NCBI GenBank assembly: GCA_013694995.1
Contig: JACDBH010000004.1
Location: 128,995-192,994 of the forward strand
Reading direction: 5' to 3'
Length of the DNA stretch: 64,000 nt
Source: Candidatus Saccharimonadota bacterium
Lineage (GTDB): Bacteria; Patescibacteriota; Saccharimonadia; Saccharimonadales; JACDBH01
How positions within the stretch are numbered: position 1 is the first letter of the stretch; every line of letters begins with the position of its first letter. The position numbers and the translations under genes were made by a program. The notes under the pieces are model-generated. The model was given only the letters and a program-made list of their open reading frames with translations, was not told the origin of the DNA and searched no databases. Positions 34,668-42,841 of this stretch are shown piece after piece.

Positions 34668-37600
34668 ATGTTCATGAGGAAAAGATCGAAGAAAACTAAA
34701 ATGCCAGTAGATATGATGCAAACAGACGCACCTATAGAAGCGCCAAAAAGTGGACGCCGCCAGAAACATTTAAGCTTATATCCGGTATCAGGGAAAGGCT
34801 GGAAGCAAAAAGCAATCATATTTATGGTCGCTTTTGGAGTTATTGGCGGCTTCTTTATATATAAGAATTACGCATTAAACCAGTATGGTGATATCCCAAC
34901 TGGTGCAGATGAGCTTGTCTTAAACTATGAGCTGCCCGAAGTTTATGAGGTTTTAGAAAATGACTTTAATCAGGGTTCTGCGCCAGCCATGATGTTATAT
35001 GGCAATGGACTTATGCTTTGCGGCAACGAAACATCGGGAAAAAATCCCCAAATTAGCCCGCTTATGTCTATTAAACAGCGTCAGCTATCGCCTCTGGAAG
35101 TCACGACTTTATTTGAAAAAGTACGAGCATTGGGATTTGATAGTTTGCTTACGCGTACTTTGCCGGATTCGCCAGCGCCGCCTTTTGGTGTTACGCCTAG
35201 TCTTAGCTTGTTTACCAGCGAAGGTGAGCGGCGGTTAGTCCTAGCATTTAATGAAAAACCGGCTCAGTTTACTGCTATTACTAATTATTTGGACGATGAA
35301 TGTAAGAAAGCTAAAGAAGAATTCTATCCAGACGATGTAGTACTTGAGAGCATAAAAATTACCGAATCGGCCGAGGCTGGTTTGGAGGCACTTCCTGACA
35401 TACCTGTGCCAAATAGAGACGGTCTTGGTTCTACCAGGCTGCTGGGTGATGAGGCTATAAGGGTTAAAAGCTTAATTTCTAAAGGAAACAAGTTATATAA
35501 AACGTCAGATGGTAAAAAGATCAAAGTACGTCTATTACCAACAATTCCCGAGTACAAGATACCAAAGCTAGCTACTGCTGCCAACAGTAGCAGTAATGTT
35601 GCACACGCGGATAATTTCCGAAAAGTGCGTTTCCTGTATGTAGTTGCAGCCGATGAAGCTGTACCATCTAATGCCCAAACACAGATTAGCGAATTGGCTT
35701 CATCACTGCCGGGATATTACGAAACACAAGTTGGCAAGACATTTACAGTAGAAGGGGCGAGCGTTGTCAAGGGAAGTAAAACTGCTGCACAATACCGTGC
35801 GTGCCCCTATGCAGGTGTTGATTATGCTAAGTGTTTGGTCGATGGTATATTTGAAGATTCACTTGCCTCATATCTACACTTGCAACAAGAATTTAGAGCA
35901 GACAACTTCAGTACGATTATGATGTTAAGCTGGACAACGAGTAGATGTTTAGGAATGGGTGGCCCAACTGATCCTTTGAAAGTGGATAATGCAAATCTTG
36001 ATACGTATGGCATGGGTAGTTTCTCGGCACCTTCATGTCCTTGGGCAGGAACCAAAGAATTGCTCGGTGCTCACGAAGGTGGCCACAGTTTTGGCCTAGA
36101 ACATACCCAGGACCAAACAATTATGTCGAATGCTTACACTCCACCCAAAGGTTATGTATGGCCGCTTAAATCAAGCCAGGCTGCACTGCTAAGTAACTCC
36201 AGTCCATGGTTTAATGGTCCCACTGCGGCTGCTCCCGCTCCTGCAGCAGTCTCATCAGGCTCCACATTTATCTCCATAACTCCTGCCCGCATCCTAGAAA
36301 CACGTCCAAATCTAAGCACTGCTGATAATCAGTACAATAATACTGGCCGTCTCAAGGGAGGTATAGTTAGAGAATTACCAGTAGCTGGGCGTGTTGGTAT
36401 ACCGATCAACGCTCTAGCGGCAGCATTAAATGTTACCGTAGTTAACCCTTCAGGTGATGGCTTCGTAACGGTCTTTCCGTGTGGCACTGGCACACCAGGG
36501 ACATCAAATGTTAATTTCCGCACAGGAAACGTAATTTCTAATATGGTTATATCAAAACTAGGCGGTGGCCAGGTCTGTTTATATAGCAACGTTGATACCG
36601 ATCTGGTGGTTGACGTCAACGGAGCCTTCCCATCTGTTTCTACCGCATTTTATACTAATGTTACCCCATCACGCCTACTTGAGACGCGGCCAGGTAATTC
36701 TACTACCGATGGGCAGTTTAATAACATAGGACGTAGAGCTGGAGGAACAGTCACTGCTGTGCAGGTTAGCGGTCGTTTCGGTATCCCTTCCAATGCTTCC
36801 GCAGTATCTCTAAACGTTACGGTCATTGAGCCTTCAGCAACCGGCTACATGGTTGTATATCCGTGCGGTATACCACCTCCAACTACTTCAAGTGTTAACT
36901 ATACAGGTGGAGGAATTATCTCAAATGCAGTTATTTCGAAACTAGGCAGTGGCCAAGTCTGTATCTATACCAATAACGACACCGATCTAGTGATTGACGT
37001 TAATGGTGCCTTTAATGACGTAACATCGTTTAAGAGTGTCCCGCCAGTCCGCCTACTTGATACCCGCCCTGGTTATAGTACGGTTGACGGTGTTAGTGCA
37101 GGTATAGGGGCACGCACAGGGGGTTCAACTTATGAGCTCACAGTTGCAGGCAGGGGAGGAGTGCCTGCCGATGCAGTGTCGGTTGCGCTCAACGTTACAG
37201 TGATTAACCCTGTGGGAGATGGTTTCTTGACTGTATTCCCATGTGGCATAGGTTTGCCAAATACTTCAAATGTTAACTATAAAGCAGGCACTATTCTCTC
37301 CAATGCCGTGCTGTCTAAACTAGGCAGTAAAAAAGTCTGCATCTATACCAACAATAGTACCGATATAGTTGTAGACGTTAGTGGCGCTTTCACACTTCTG
37401 GATACGCAGCAAAGTGCAACGGCCGTAACCCCGTCGGTTACCTCGCCAACTTTAATCTCTTCCTGCCCAACCGGCTACACCGGAACCTATCCGAACTGTG
37501 TTCTTTCACGATGCCCAACCGGCTACACCGGCACCTACCCGAACTGTGTGCCTCCACCATGCCCAACCGGCTACACCGGCACCTACCCGAACTGTGTGCC

Positions 37601-39056
37601 TCCGGCCTGCCCAACCGGCTACACCGGAACCTATCCGAACTGTGTGCCTCCGGCTACCTTAGCCCCATCCATATGCAGAGGTTTGACTGTCTACAGTGAT
37701 GCTAATTACTTGGGTGCCTCCCAGTCTCTCACTTATACCCAGTACGACTACCCGTTAGCAATAGGCAACGATGCCATCAGCTCAGCCCGTGTTCCAGCTG
37801 GCTGTAAGCTAACCCTTTACCAGAACGGTGCCTACGGCGGAGCTACCCAGGAGCTAACAAGCAATTGGGCTGGCAGCGCTGGCGACCCATGGAATGACAA
37901 GACTTCCAGTGTCAAAGTCGCCACCAATGGTATAGTGTCTACTACTCCGCTAACCTGTAGTAGTGTCGGTATAAGACTATACACCGAAGCTGGTTATACT
38001 GGTACTTCGCAAGCATTCTTTAAAGGCAATTATGACTACGCTCAGCTTGGTACCGTAGGCAATGACAAAGTAAGCTCAGTATATGTTTCGGCTGGCTGTA
38101 AGGTCATCCTTTACCAGCACGGTGCCTTCAGTGGTGCCACTAAAGAACTAACAAGTGGCTGGTATGGGAGTACTACCGACCCATGGAACGACATCACATC
38201 TGGTATTAAGGTAGTTGACCGTGCCACGACCAATTACGGCTCGAATAATGCCTACCGCATGCTAGGTCTTAGATGGAGTTATACTGGCTACATACCTGGC
38301 GGCTACTGTGTCGAAGTCGTTGAACCAAGCGACCCAGTCTGGATGACTTACCGTGATAACTTCCTCTGTAGGACATCAGGTGATTTAAAATGGAGTTACG
38401 CTGGCCCAATTGCCGGTATGTACTGTACGTTAGTCAATGAACCTGCTGAACCGTTAAATTACTACTGGTACGATAACTATATCTGTACAAATAACTCCCA
38501 AGGCACCAGGTTCAGCTCAGCTGGCCCAATTGCCGGTATGGCTTGCACCCTCATGAACGAACCGGGAGACCCTCATTCCTGGAATGATAACTATATCTGC
38601 GAACCGGCACGGGTAACGGCTTCTAGCGTTTATACCCCATATGGCTATTATGTCGCTGCTAATGCGACTGACGATGGGGGGGTAACTAACGAATGGGCCT
38701 CCTATGGCCAAGGAGCTGGCGCATGGGTGCAGATTGGCTGGCCGGGCGTAGTTAACGTCAGTAAAGTAAGCATCAGAGATCGGGTCAACCCACTCGATAA
38801 CATCCAGAGCTTTACACTTACCTTTAGCGACGGTTCAGCCGTGGCTTACGGCATACCGCTACCGAACGACGGGGCTCCACTAGAAATTCAATTCCCAGGC
38901 AAAAACATTATCTGGATGCGTATGACTGTAAACACTTCAATTGGTCCGAATATTGGTGTCGCTGACATTAAGACTTTCCCTTATATTGGATATACAGAGA
39001 CTACAACAAGTACAACAACTACAACAACTACGACACCGCCGCCTACTGCAAATTAA
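34668..39056 (+). CDS. giant membrane-anchored surface protein, paralog of 28168-33708, with discoidin-like C-terminal domain and poly-Thr tail
   Basis: MFMRKRSKK start. TM segment AIIFMVAFGVIGGFFIY. HEGGHSFGLEH at 36072-36104. 3x LETRP...NGAF repeats, 4x CPTGYTGTYPNCV, 2x crystallin-like domains, 3x W/C modules. Confidence 0.75.
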   Translation: MFMRKRSKKTKMPVDMMQTDAPIEAPKSGRRQKHLSLYPVSGKGWKQKAIIFMVAFGVIGGFFIYKNYALNQYGDIPTGADELVLNYELPEVYEVLENDFNQGSAPAMMLYGNGLMLCGNETSGKNPQISPLMSIKQRQLSPLEVTTLFEKVRALGFDSLLTRTLPDSPAPPFGVTPSLSLFTSEGERRLVLAFNEKPAQFTAITNYLDDECKKAKEEFYPDDVVLESIKITESAEAGLEALPDIPVPNRDGLGSTRLLGDEAIRVKSLISKGNKLYKTSDGKKIKVRLLPTIPEYKIPKLATAANSSSNVAHADNFRKVRFLYVVAADEAVPSNAQTQISELASSLPGYYETQVGKTFTVEGASVVKGSKTAAQYRACPYAGVDYAKCLVDGIFEDSLASYLHLQQEFRADNFSTIMMLSWTTSRCLGMGGPTDPLKVDNANLDTYGMGSFSAPSCPWAGTKELLGAHEGGHSFGLEHTQDQTIMSNAYTPPKGYVWPLKSSQAALLSNSSPWFNGPTAAAPAPAAVSSGSTFISITPARILETRPNLSTADNQYNNTGRLKGGIVRELPVAGRVGIPINALAAALNVTVVNPSGDGFVTVFPCGTGTPGTSNVNFRTGNVISNMVISKLGGGQVCLYSNVDTDLVVDVNGAFPSVSTAFYTNVTPSRLLETRPGNSTTDGQFNNIGRRAGGTVTAVQVSGRFGIPSNASAVSLNVTVIEPSATGYMVVYPCGIPPPTTSSVNYTGGGIISNAVISKLGSGQVCIYTNNDTDLVIDVNGAFNDVTSFKSVPPVRLLDTRPGYSTVDGVSAGIGARTGGSTYELTVAGRGGVPADAVSVALNVTVINPVGDGFLTVFPCGIGLPNTSNVNYKAGTILSNAVLSKLGSKKVCIYTNNSTDIVVDVSGAFTLLDTQQSATAVTPSVTSPTLISSCPTGYTGTYPNCVLSRCPTGYTGTYPNCVPPPCPTGYTGTYPNCVPPACPTGYTGTYPNCVPPATLAPSICRGLTVYSDANYLGASQSLTYTQYDYPLAIGNDAISSARVPAGCKLTLYQNGAYGGATQELTSNWAGSAGDPWNDKTSSVKVATNGIVSTTPLTCSSVGIRLYTEAGYTGTSQAFFKGNYDYAQLGTVGNDKVSSVYVSAGCKVILYQHGAFSGATKELTSGWYGSTTDPWNDITSGIKVVDRATTNYGSNNAYRMLGLRWSYTGYIPGGYCVEVVEPSDPVWMTYRDNFLCRTSGDLKWSYAGPIAGMYCTLVNEPAEPLNYYWYDNYICTNNSQGTRFSSAGPIAGMACTLMNEPGDPHSWNDNYICEPARVTASSVYTPYGYYVAANATDDGGVTNEWASYGQGAGAWVQIGWPGVVNVSKVSIRDRVNPLDNIQSFTLTFSDGSAVAYGIPLPNDGAPLEIQFPGKNIIWMRMTVNTSIGPNIGVADIKTFPYIGYTETTTSTTTTTTTTPPPTAN
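37464..37655 (+). repeat. 4 x 48-bp in-frame tandem repeat encoding CPTGYTGTYPNCV(L/P)(S/P)(R/P/A)
   Basis: TGCCCAACCGGCTACACCGG(A/C)ACCTA(T/C)CCGAACTGTGT... repeated head-to-tail four times. Units 1 and 4 share synonymous variants, as do units 2 and 3. Confidence 0.9.
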
Positions 39057-39182
39057 ATATGTAATGTAAAACAAGCCCAAGTGATAGATTAAGTATGGTT
39101 TTTACTTACGTAAATGAATCATGTAATTATTGAGACCTATATTACAGAATATTTATATTATTACTGATAAAGTATTTAAATT

Positions 39183-39524
39183 ATGAGCATTGAGCTAAGT
39201 ATTGATCAAGCAGATGAAATAAAACTGGGAGTTGTTCAGCCCCGTGAAAATATTGCCGAGATCTGGCATACAACTCAAGAAGGGGATGAGGTCAGGATTG
39301 GTGCTATCATGCAGGATCCTAATGATCCGGACAGCCAACTGGCAACGCTCTATAGACATAACCGTATAACAGGTGAGACCACCAACGACCATGGACGCAT
39401 ACGCGGAAACATCCGCGAGGCTGCGCACTATGTATGGGAACATAAAACAGGCGCATCGGCAGTTGCCTCTTTGGCGATTACCGTAACACTTGGCACGCTT
39501 TGGGCAAGGCACAAAAAATCATAA
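39183..39524 (+). CDS. small tail-anchored protein, unknown function
   Basis: 113 aa with C-terminal TM AVASLAITVTLGTLWA followed by RHKKS. Confidence 0.45.
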   Translation: MSIELSIDQADEIKLGVVQPRENIAEIWHTTQEGDEVRIGAIMQDPNDPDSQLATLYRHNRITGETTNDHGRIRGNIREAAHYVWEHKTGASAVASLAITVTLGTLWARHKKS

Positions 39525-39531
39525 AAAAGTA

Positions 39532-39611
39532 AAAGAAGTCCGGGGGCCCGAGTGGGGGAAATGAGCGCGCATGAGCGGGCAGATTTCAACCCCAAACGGG
39601 ACCGGACTTCA
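39532..39611. other. GC-rich nested hairpin between convergent genes (possible bidirectional terminator or small RNA)
   Basis: GAAGTCCGG (39532-39540) pairs with CCGGACTTC (39603-39611). Inner pairs are CCCG/CGGG and GGGG/CCCC. Confidence 0.35.
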
Positions 39612-39622
39612 GCTGCTGATGA

Positions 39623-40351
39623 TCAAATAACGACCACCTTTGTTCCTATTGAGGCGAATTGCCATAGCCAGTCAGAGAATTCCGACCCGAGACGGATACA
39701 GCCACTGGAAGCAGCTTTATTCGTGCCGAGGATGGACTCGTCATGGAACCGTTTGCCAGTAGCCAGTGTTACGGGAATTTTGTGGAATCCAACATTACCA
39801 AAAAACTGCTGATAGTTTTCGAGCAACAATTTCCCTTCATGGGCGATATGCGGCTTGTTTTTCCACCCAATGACATACGTTCCTTTCGGAAGTTCCGCAG
39901 GGTTGTCGATCATGCCGCCGGTTCTTAGTAAACTACCTTTTGGACTGTATGCCCGCACTTGGTTGGAGTTTTGGTCGACAACAACGCACTTACGTTTGGG
40001 GCAATCCTTCGGGATGCTGTTGAGTTCAGATGAAACAGCAACTCCTAAGGCTGCGAGGGTTTTAGGACCCAAGCGGCCAAAGTTGCCTTTGGCATCTATG
40101 AGTGGGGGCTCATTTGATTGTTGGAATGCAATGAGTGCGCTGCAGCTTTTCGGTCCGATAAAACCATCGGCGTAGACTTTTAGGGCAGTTTGCACAGCCT
40201 GGATCACCACTACAGTATATTGGTCTGTGCCATAACATATCGGCGGTTGGGCAGCGTGAGCTTTGGGGGCACAGCTGACGACTAAGAATACCAAACCTGA
40301 AGTCAGGATGGCAAAAAAGCGGATCAACGGGTTGACTTTCATGAAATTCAC
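39623..40351 (-). CDS. L,D-transpeptidase (YkuD domain) with PG-binding domain, probable lipoprotein/secreted
   Basis: Signal sequence with VVSC. The PG_binding_1-like segment is VQTALKVYADGFIGPKSCSAL. Catalytic block HDES..GT..ASSGCIRL. Confidence 0.8.
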   Translation of the reverse strand: MNFMKVNPLIRFFAILTSGLVFLVVSCAPKAHAAQPPICYGTDQYTVVVIQAVQTALKVYADGFIGPKSCSALIAFQQSNEPPLIDAKGNFGRLGPKTLAALGVAVSSELNSIPKDCPKRKCVVVDQNSNQVRAYSPKGSLLRTGGMIDNPAELPKGTYVIGWKNKPHIAHEGKLLLENYQQFFGNVGFHKIPVTLATGKRFHDESILGTNKAASSGCIRLGSEFSDWLWQFASIGTKVVVI

Positions 40352-40440
40352 CTCTGTTTTGAAGGTACACTCGGATGAGCGGCTAAGGAAGTGACCCTAA
40401 CCTTATCATTATAGCACAAAATTAAATAAAAGTCAATACA

Positions 40441-40469
40441 TTGGAGCCTTCCAACAGAGGTGTTACAAT
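40441..40469 (+). promoter_or_regulatory. sigma70-like promoter TTGGAG-17-TACAAT
   Basis: TTGGAG at 40441-40446, 17-nt spacer, TACAAT at 40464-40469, upstream of leader copy 3. Confidence 0.45.
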
Positions 40470-40524
40470 AACTGGGTCCTCGGCTAATTATGCAAACCAG
40501 GCAACTTGTTTGCTGTTTAGCGTA

Positions 40525-40618
40525 TTTAAGAAGAGAGGGCTTGGTGAGGTTGCAAATAATGCCACACAAACTTGTTTTGATGGCAGTATGGCAACATCAC
40601 CATTACACCTTAACGACA
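40525..40618 (+). promoter_or_regulatory. conserved pre-tRNA leader module, copy 3 (59-nt hairpin 40543-40601)
   Basis: TTTAAGAAGAGAGGGCTT, hairpin GGTG..TTGC..TGCCA-loop CACAAACTTGTTTTGA-TGGCA..GCAA..CACC, then ATTACACCTTAACGACA. Confidence 0.7.
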
Positions 40619-40685
40619 GGGCGCCTTGGCCGAGAAGTTAGGCAGCGGTCTGCAAAACCGCGTAGACGGGAGCGTTACCCGTAGG
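40619..40685 (+). pseudogene. orphan 5' two-thirds of a type II tRNA with anticodon loop CTGCAAA (GCA); no T arm or 3' acceptor strand
   Basis: GGGCGCC-TT-GGCCGAGAAGTTAGGC-A-GCGGT-CTGCAAA-ACCGC plus a long variable arm ACGGG/CCCGT. Downstream sequence cannot form a T arm or pair with GGGCGCC. Confidence 0.55.
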
Positions 40686-40788
40686 TGCCTCCAGCTTGAA
40701 TTTGTACCTCGTTTTTATGTAAAGTGCTTTATAGCACTTTACTTTCAAACTCGGACAATTTCTACGTTTTCCATTACACGTCGACGAA

Positions 40789-40875
40789 GGGCGAGTGGCG
40801 GAATTGGTATACGCGACGGACTTAAAATCCGTTGGTCTAAAAACCTTGTGGGTTCAAGTCCCACCTTGCCCACCA
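40789..40875 (+). tRNA. tRNA-Leu(TAA), type II, CCA encoded
   Basis: Acceptor GGGCGAG/CTTGCCC, anticodon arm ACGGA-CTTAAAA-TCCGT, T arm GTGGG-TTCAAGT-CCCAC. Preceded by ATTACACGTCGACGAA. Confidence 0.85.
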
Positions 40876-40878
40876 TAT

Positions 40879-40908
40879 AAAAAAGCCTGAAGTTTACAGG
40901 CTTTTTTA
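40879..40908 (+). terminator. rho-independent terminator after tRNA-Leu(TAA)
   Basis: AAAAAAGCCTG-AAGTTTA-CAGGCTTTTTT. Confidence 0.75.
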
Positions 40909-40949
40909 TACTTTAATTGACATTATAAAAAAAAGAGTATAATAAATTT

Positions 40950-42161
40950 ATGAATGAAAAGCTACAAAGAGTCGCCTTCGCCGGTGCGGTACTGTTCACA
41001 GGTTGTAGCTCAAATGAAAACCTTCAGCCCAGTCAAAGTACTGCAGTTGAATCCACTACAACTTTGTTTCCTGTGAATACTTTATTAGAGACGGCAACTG
41101 TACTTGAAACCTCTACTACTGCGTCCATGCCTGGCGTTGTTAATCCGGAATGTGTGGTAGAAATTTTACCTGGGAATTCATTGTTTTCGGTTTTTAACAA
41201 AACTGGTATAAGTATTGTTTCCCTTCAAACCGAAAATCGGATTCAAGACCCCGATAAAATTCAGCCCGGATACTTAGATATATGTATTGACGAGATGGAT
41301 GATATATCTGGTGGTCAACGATTGCCTGCTACAACCACTACTTCAACAACTACGGCACTTACTACTACCACGACTGTTCATACAACAACTATTCCAGAAA
41401 CAACTATTACCCCAGCGCCAGAGACAACAACCACGGTAACATTACCACCGGAAACAGCAGTGCCTGTAACGGAAGCTCCTAAGTCGCTGCCGACGGGCGT
41501 TAAGGCACAACAGGAGAAAGCAAACACGTTATTTGCAGGCTACGGCATGCCAGAGCTAAGTGTAGATGGAATCGCTGGACCAAAGACCGACCAAAAAATT
41601 TGTGCTTCACGGCTTCTGCTCAATATGCCAGCCACAAGAGCCGACATGGTGCCTGGAAGTGAAGAAGAGCGACTATTTATGTCGTCAGAAAGTTTATTAA
41701 TACCATCAACCGCTGCTACAAAAGCGGCAAAGTGGATGTTAATTGATCAGACATGCCAGGTTACAGTCTTAGGCGAGAGCGATACAAAAGTTGCATTTAT
41801 TTTCCCCTCTTCATCCGGCACGGTAGAGTTTCCATCTCGAAATGGCGAATGGGCTGCCTTCCGCTATGACCCAGCGTTGGCAAATGGTGGCTGGCATAAT
41901 AGCAGTGACTATCCCGCCGATGTAGATTCGCTACTTAATGGCAATATGAAATGGCCTGTTTATCATCATAAAGGGCAGGCAACGCACGGTGCACTGAATG
42001 TTCCGACGTATCCCGCAAGCCATGGCTGTAACCGGTTGTCAGAAGCAAATCAGGAGATTCTGATTAATTGGTTAGGGCTAGTTGGCATTCAGGAAGAAAT
42101 ATGGAGTATTAGTCGTATCGGGCTTACCGTTACAGTCCAAGGTGCTTACGAGGGGGAGTAA
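40950..42161 (+). CDS. lipoprotein L,D-transpeptidase (LysM-like + PG-binding + YkuD domains)
   Basis: Lipobox LFTGC. Thr-rich linker. The PG_binding_1-like segment is LSVDGIAGPKTDQKI. Catalytic block HG....P.YPASHGCNRL. Confidence 0.8.
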   Translation: MNEKLQRVAFAGAVLFTGCSSNENLQPSQSTAVESTTTLFPVNTLLETATVLETSTTASMPGVVNPECVVEILPGNSLFSVFNKTGISIVSLQTENRIQDPDKIQPGYLDICIDEMDDISGGQRLPATTTTSTTTALTTTTTVHTTTIPETTITPAPETTTTVTLPPETAVPVTEAPKSLPTGVKAQQEKANTLFAGYGMPELSVDGIAGPKTDQKICASRLLLNMPATRADMVPGSEEERLFMSSESLLIPSTAATKAAKWMLIDQTCQVTVLGESDTKVAFIFPSSSGTVEFPSRNGEWAAFRYDPALANGGWHNSSDYPADVDSLLNGNMKWPVYHHKGQATHGALNVPTYPASHGCNRLSEANQEILINWLGLVGIQEEIWSISRIGLTVTVQGAYEGE

Positions 42162-42240
42162 TACTGCACCGTAGCATTATTTCCTACGGTAAAAAATGCT
42201 ATAATGTAAGTATAAATAAAACAGGGAGAAGTAGACAATC

Positions 42241-42807
42241 ATGACGTTGCTATTAATCATCGGCGGCGCGGTAATATTGCTAGTAATTATCTTTGCGGCA
42301 ATGTACAACGGCCTATTGAAGCTTAATATCCGTGCAGACGAAGCCTGGAGTGATATATCAGTGCAATTAAAACGCCGGCTTGATCTGATTCCAAACCTTA
42401 TAAACACCGTCAAGGGTTACGCTGCGCACGAAAAAGAAGTTTTTGAACGTGTTACAGAAGCTCGCGCTTCTATGTTGAAAGCCCAAGGCCCTGCTGAAAC
42501 CGGTAAAGCAGAAAACATGATGGAAAGTGCACTCAAGAGCATTTTTGCTGTTGCAGAGGCTTATCCGGACCTCAAAGCCAACGAGAACTTCAAAGAATTA
42601 CAAGCAGAGCTTGTCGACACCGAAGACAAGATCCAGGCGTCTCGCCGTTTTTATAACGGTGTAGTCCGAGATTTTAACACCAAGCGTAAAGTCTTCCCGA
42701 CTAACATGTTTGCCGGTATGCTTGGGTTTAATGCTGACCGCGAATTCTTTGAAGTTGACGAAGCTGAGAGTGAAGCTATACAGAAACCGGTTGAAGTTAA
42801 GTTCTAA
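42241..42807 (+). CDS. lemA: LemA family protein
   Basis: N-terminal TM then YNGLLKLNIRADEAWSDISVQLKRRLDLIPNLINTVKGYAAHE, typical of LemA. Confidence 0.85.
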   Translation: MTLLLIIGGAVILLVIIFAAMYNGLLKLNIRADEAWSDISVQLKRRLDLIPNLINTVKGYAAHEKEVFERVTEARASMLKAQGPAETGKAENMMESALKSIFAVAEAYPDLKANENFKELQAELVDTEDKIQASRRFYNGVVRDFNTKRKVFPTNMFAGMLGFNADREFFEVDEAESEAIQKPVEVKF

Positions 42808-42841
42808 TTAGTCGAGCTCTTAAGTTTATCGAGGTTATTTA

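Noticed and set aside
37464-37655. Regularly spaced 48-bp direct repeats that could superficially suggest a CRISPR array
   Set aside because: The units are contiguous with no spacers, lie in frame inside the 1462-aa ORF, and encode a repeated CPTGYTGTYPNCV peptide. No cas genes are present.
28168-39056. A diversity-generating retroelement targeting the giant proteins
   Set aside because: No reverse transcriptase ORF and no template/variable repeat pair with adenine-specific differences could be seen. The internal repeats are diverged paralogous domains.
40619-40685. Calling this a functional tRNA-Cys(GCA)
   Set aside because: No T arm and no 3' acceptor strand complementary to GGGCGCC can be found downstream. 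The D arm and variable arm are of Ser/Leu type.
40441-40880. Track ORFs 40441-40641, 40490-40684 and 40626-40880 (+)
   Set aside because: They read through the leader hairpin, the tRNA-like fragment and tRNA-Leu(TAA), so they are not coding.
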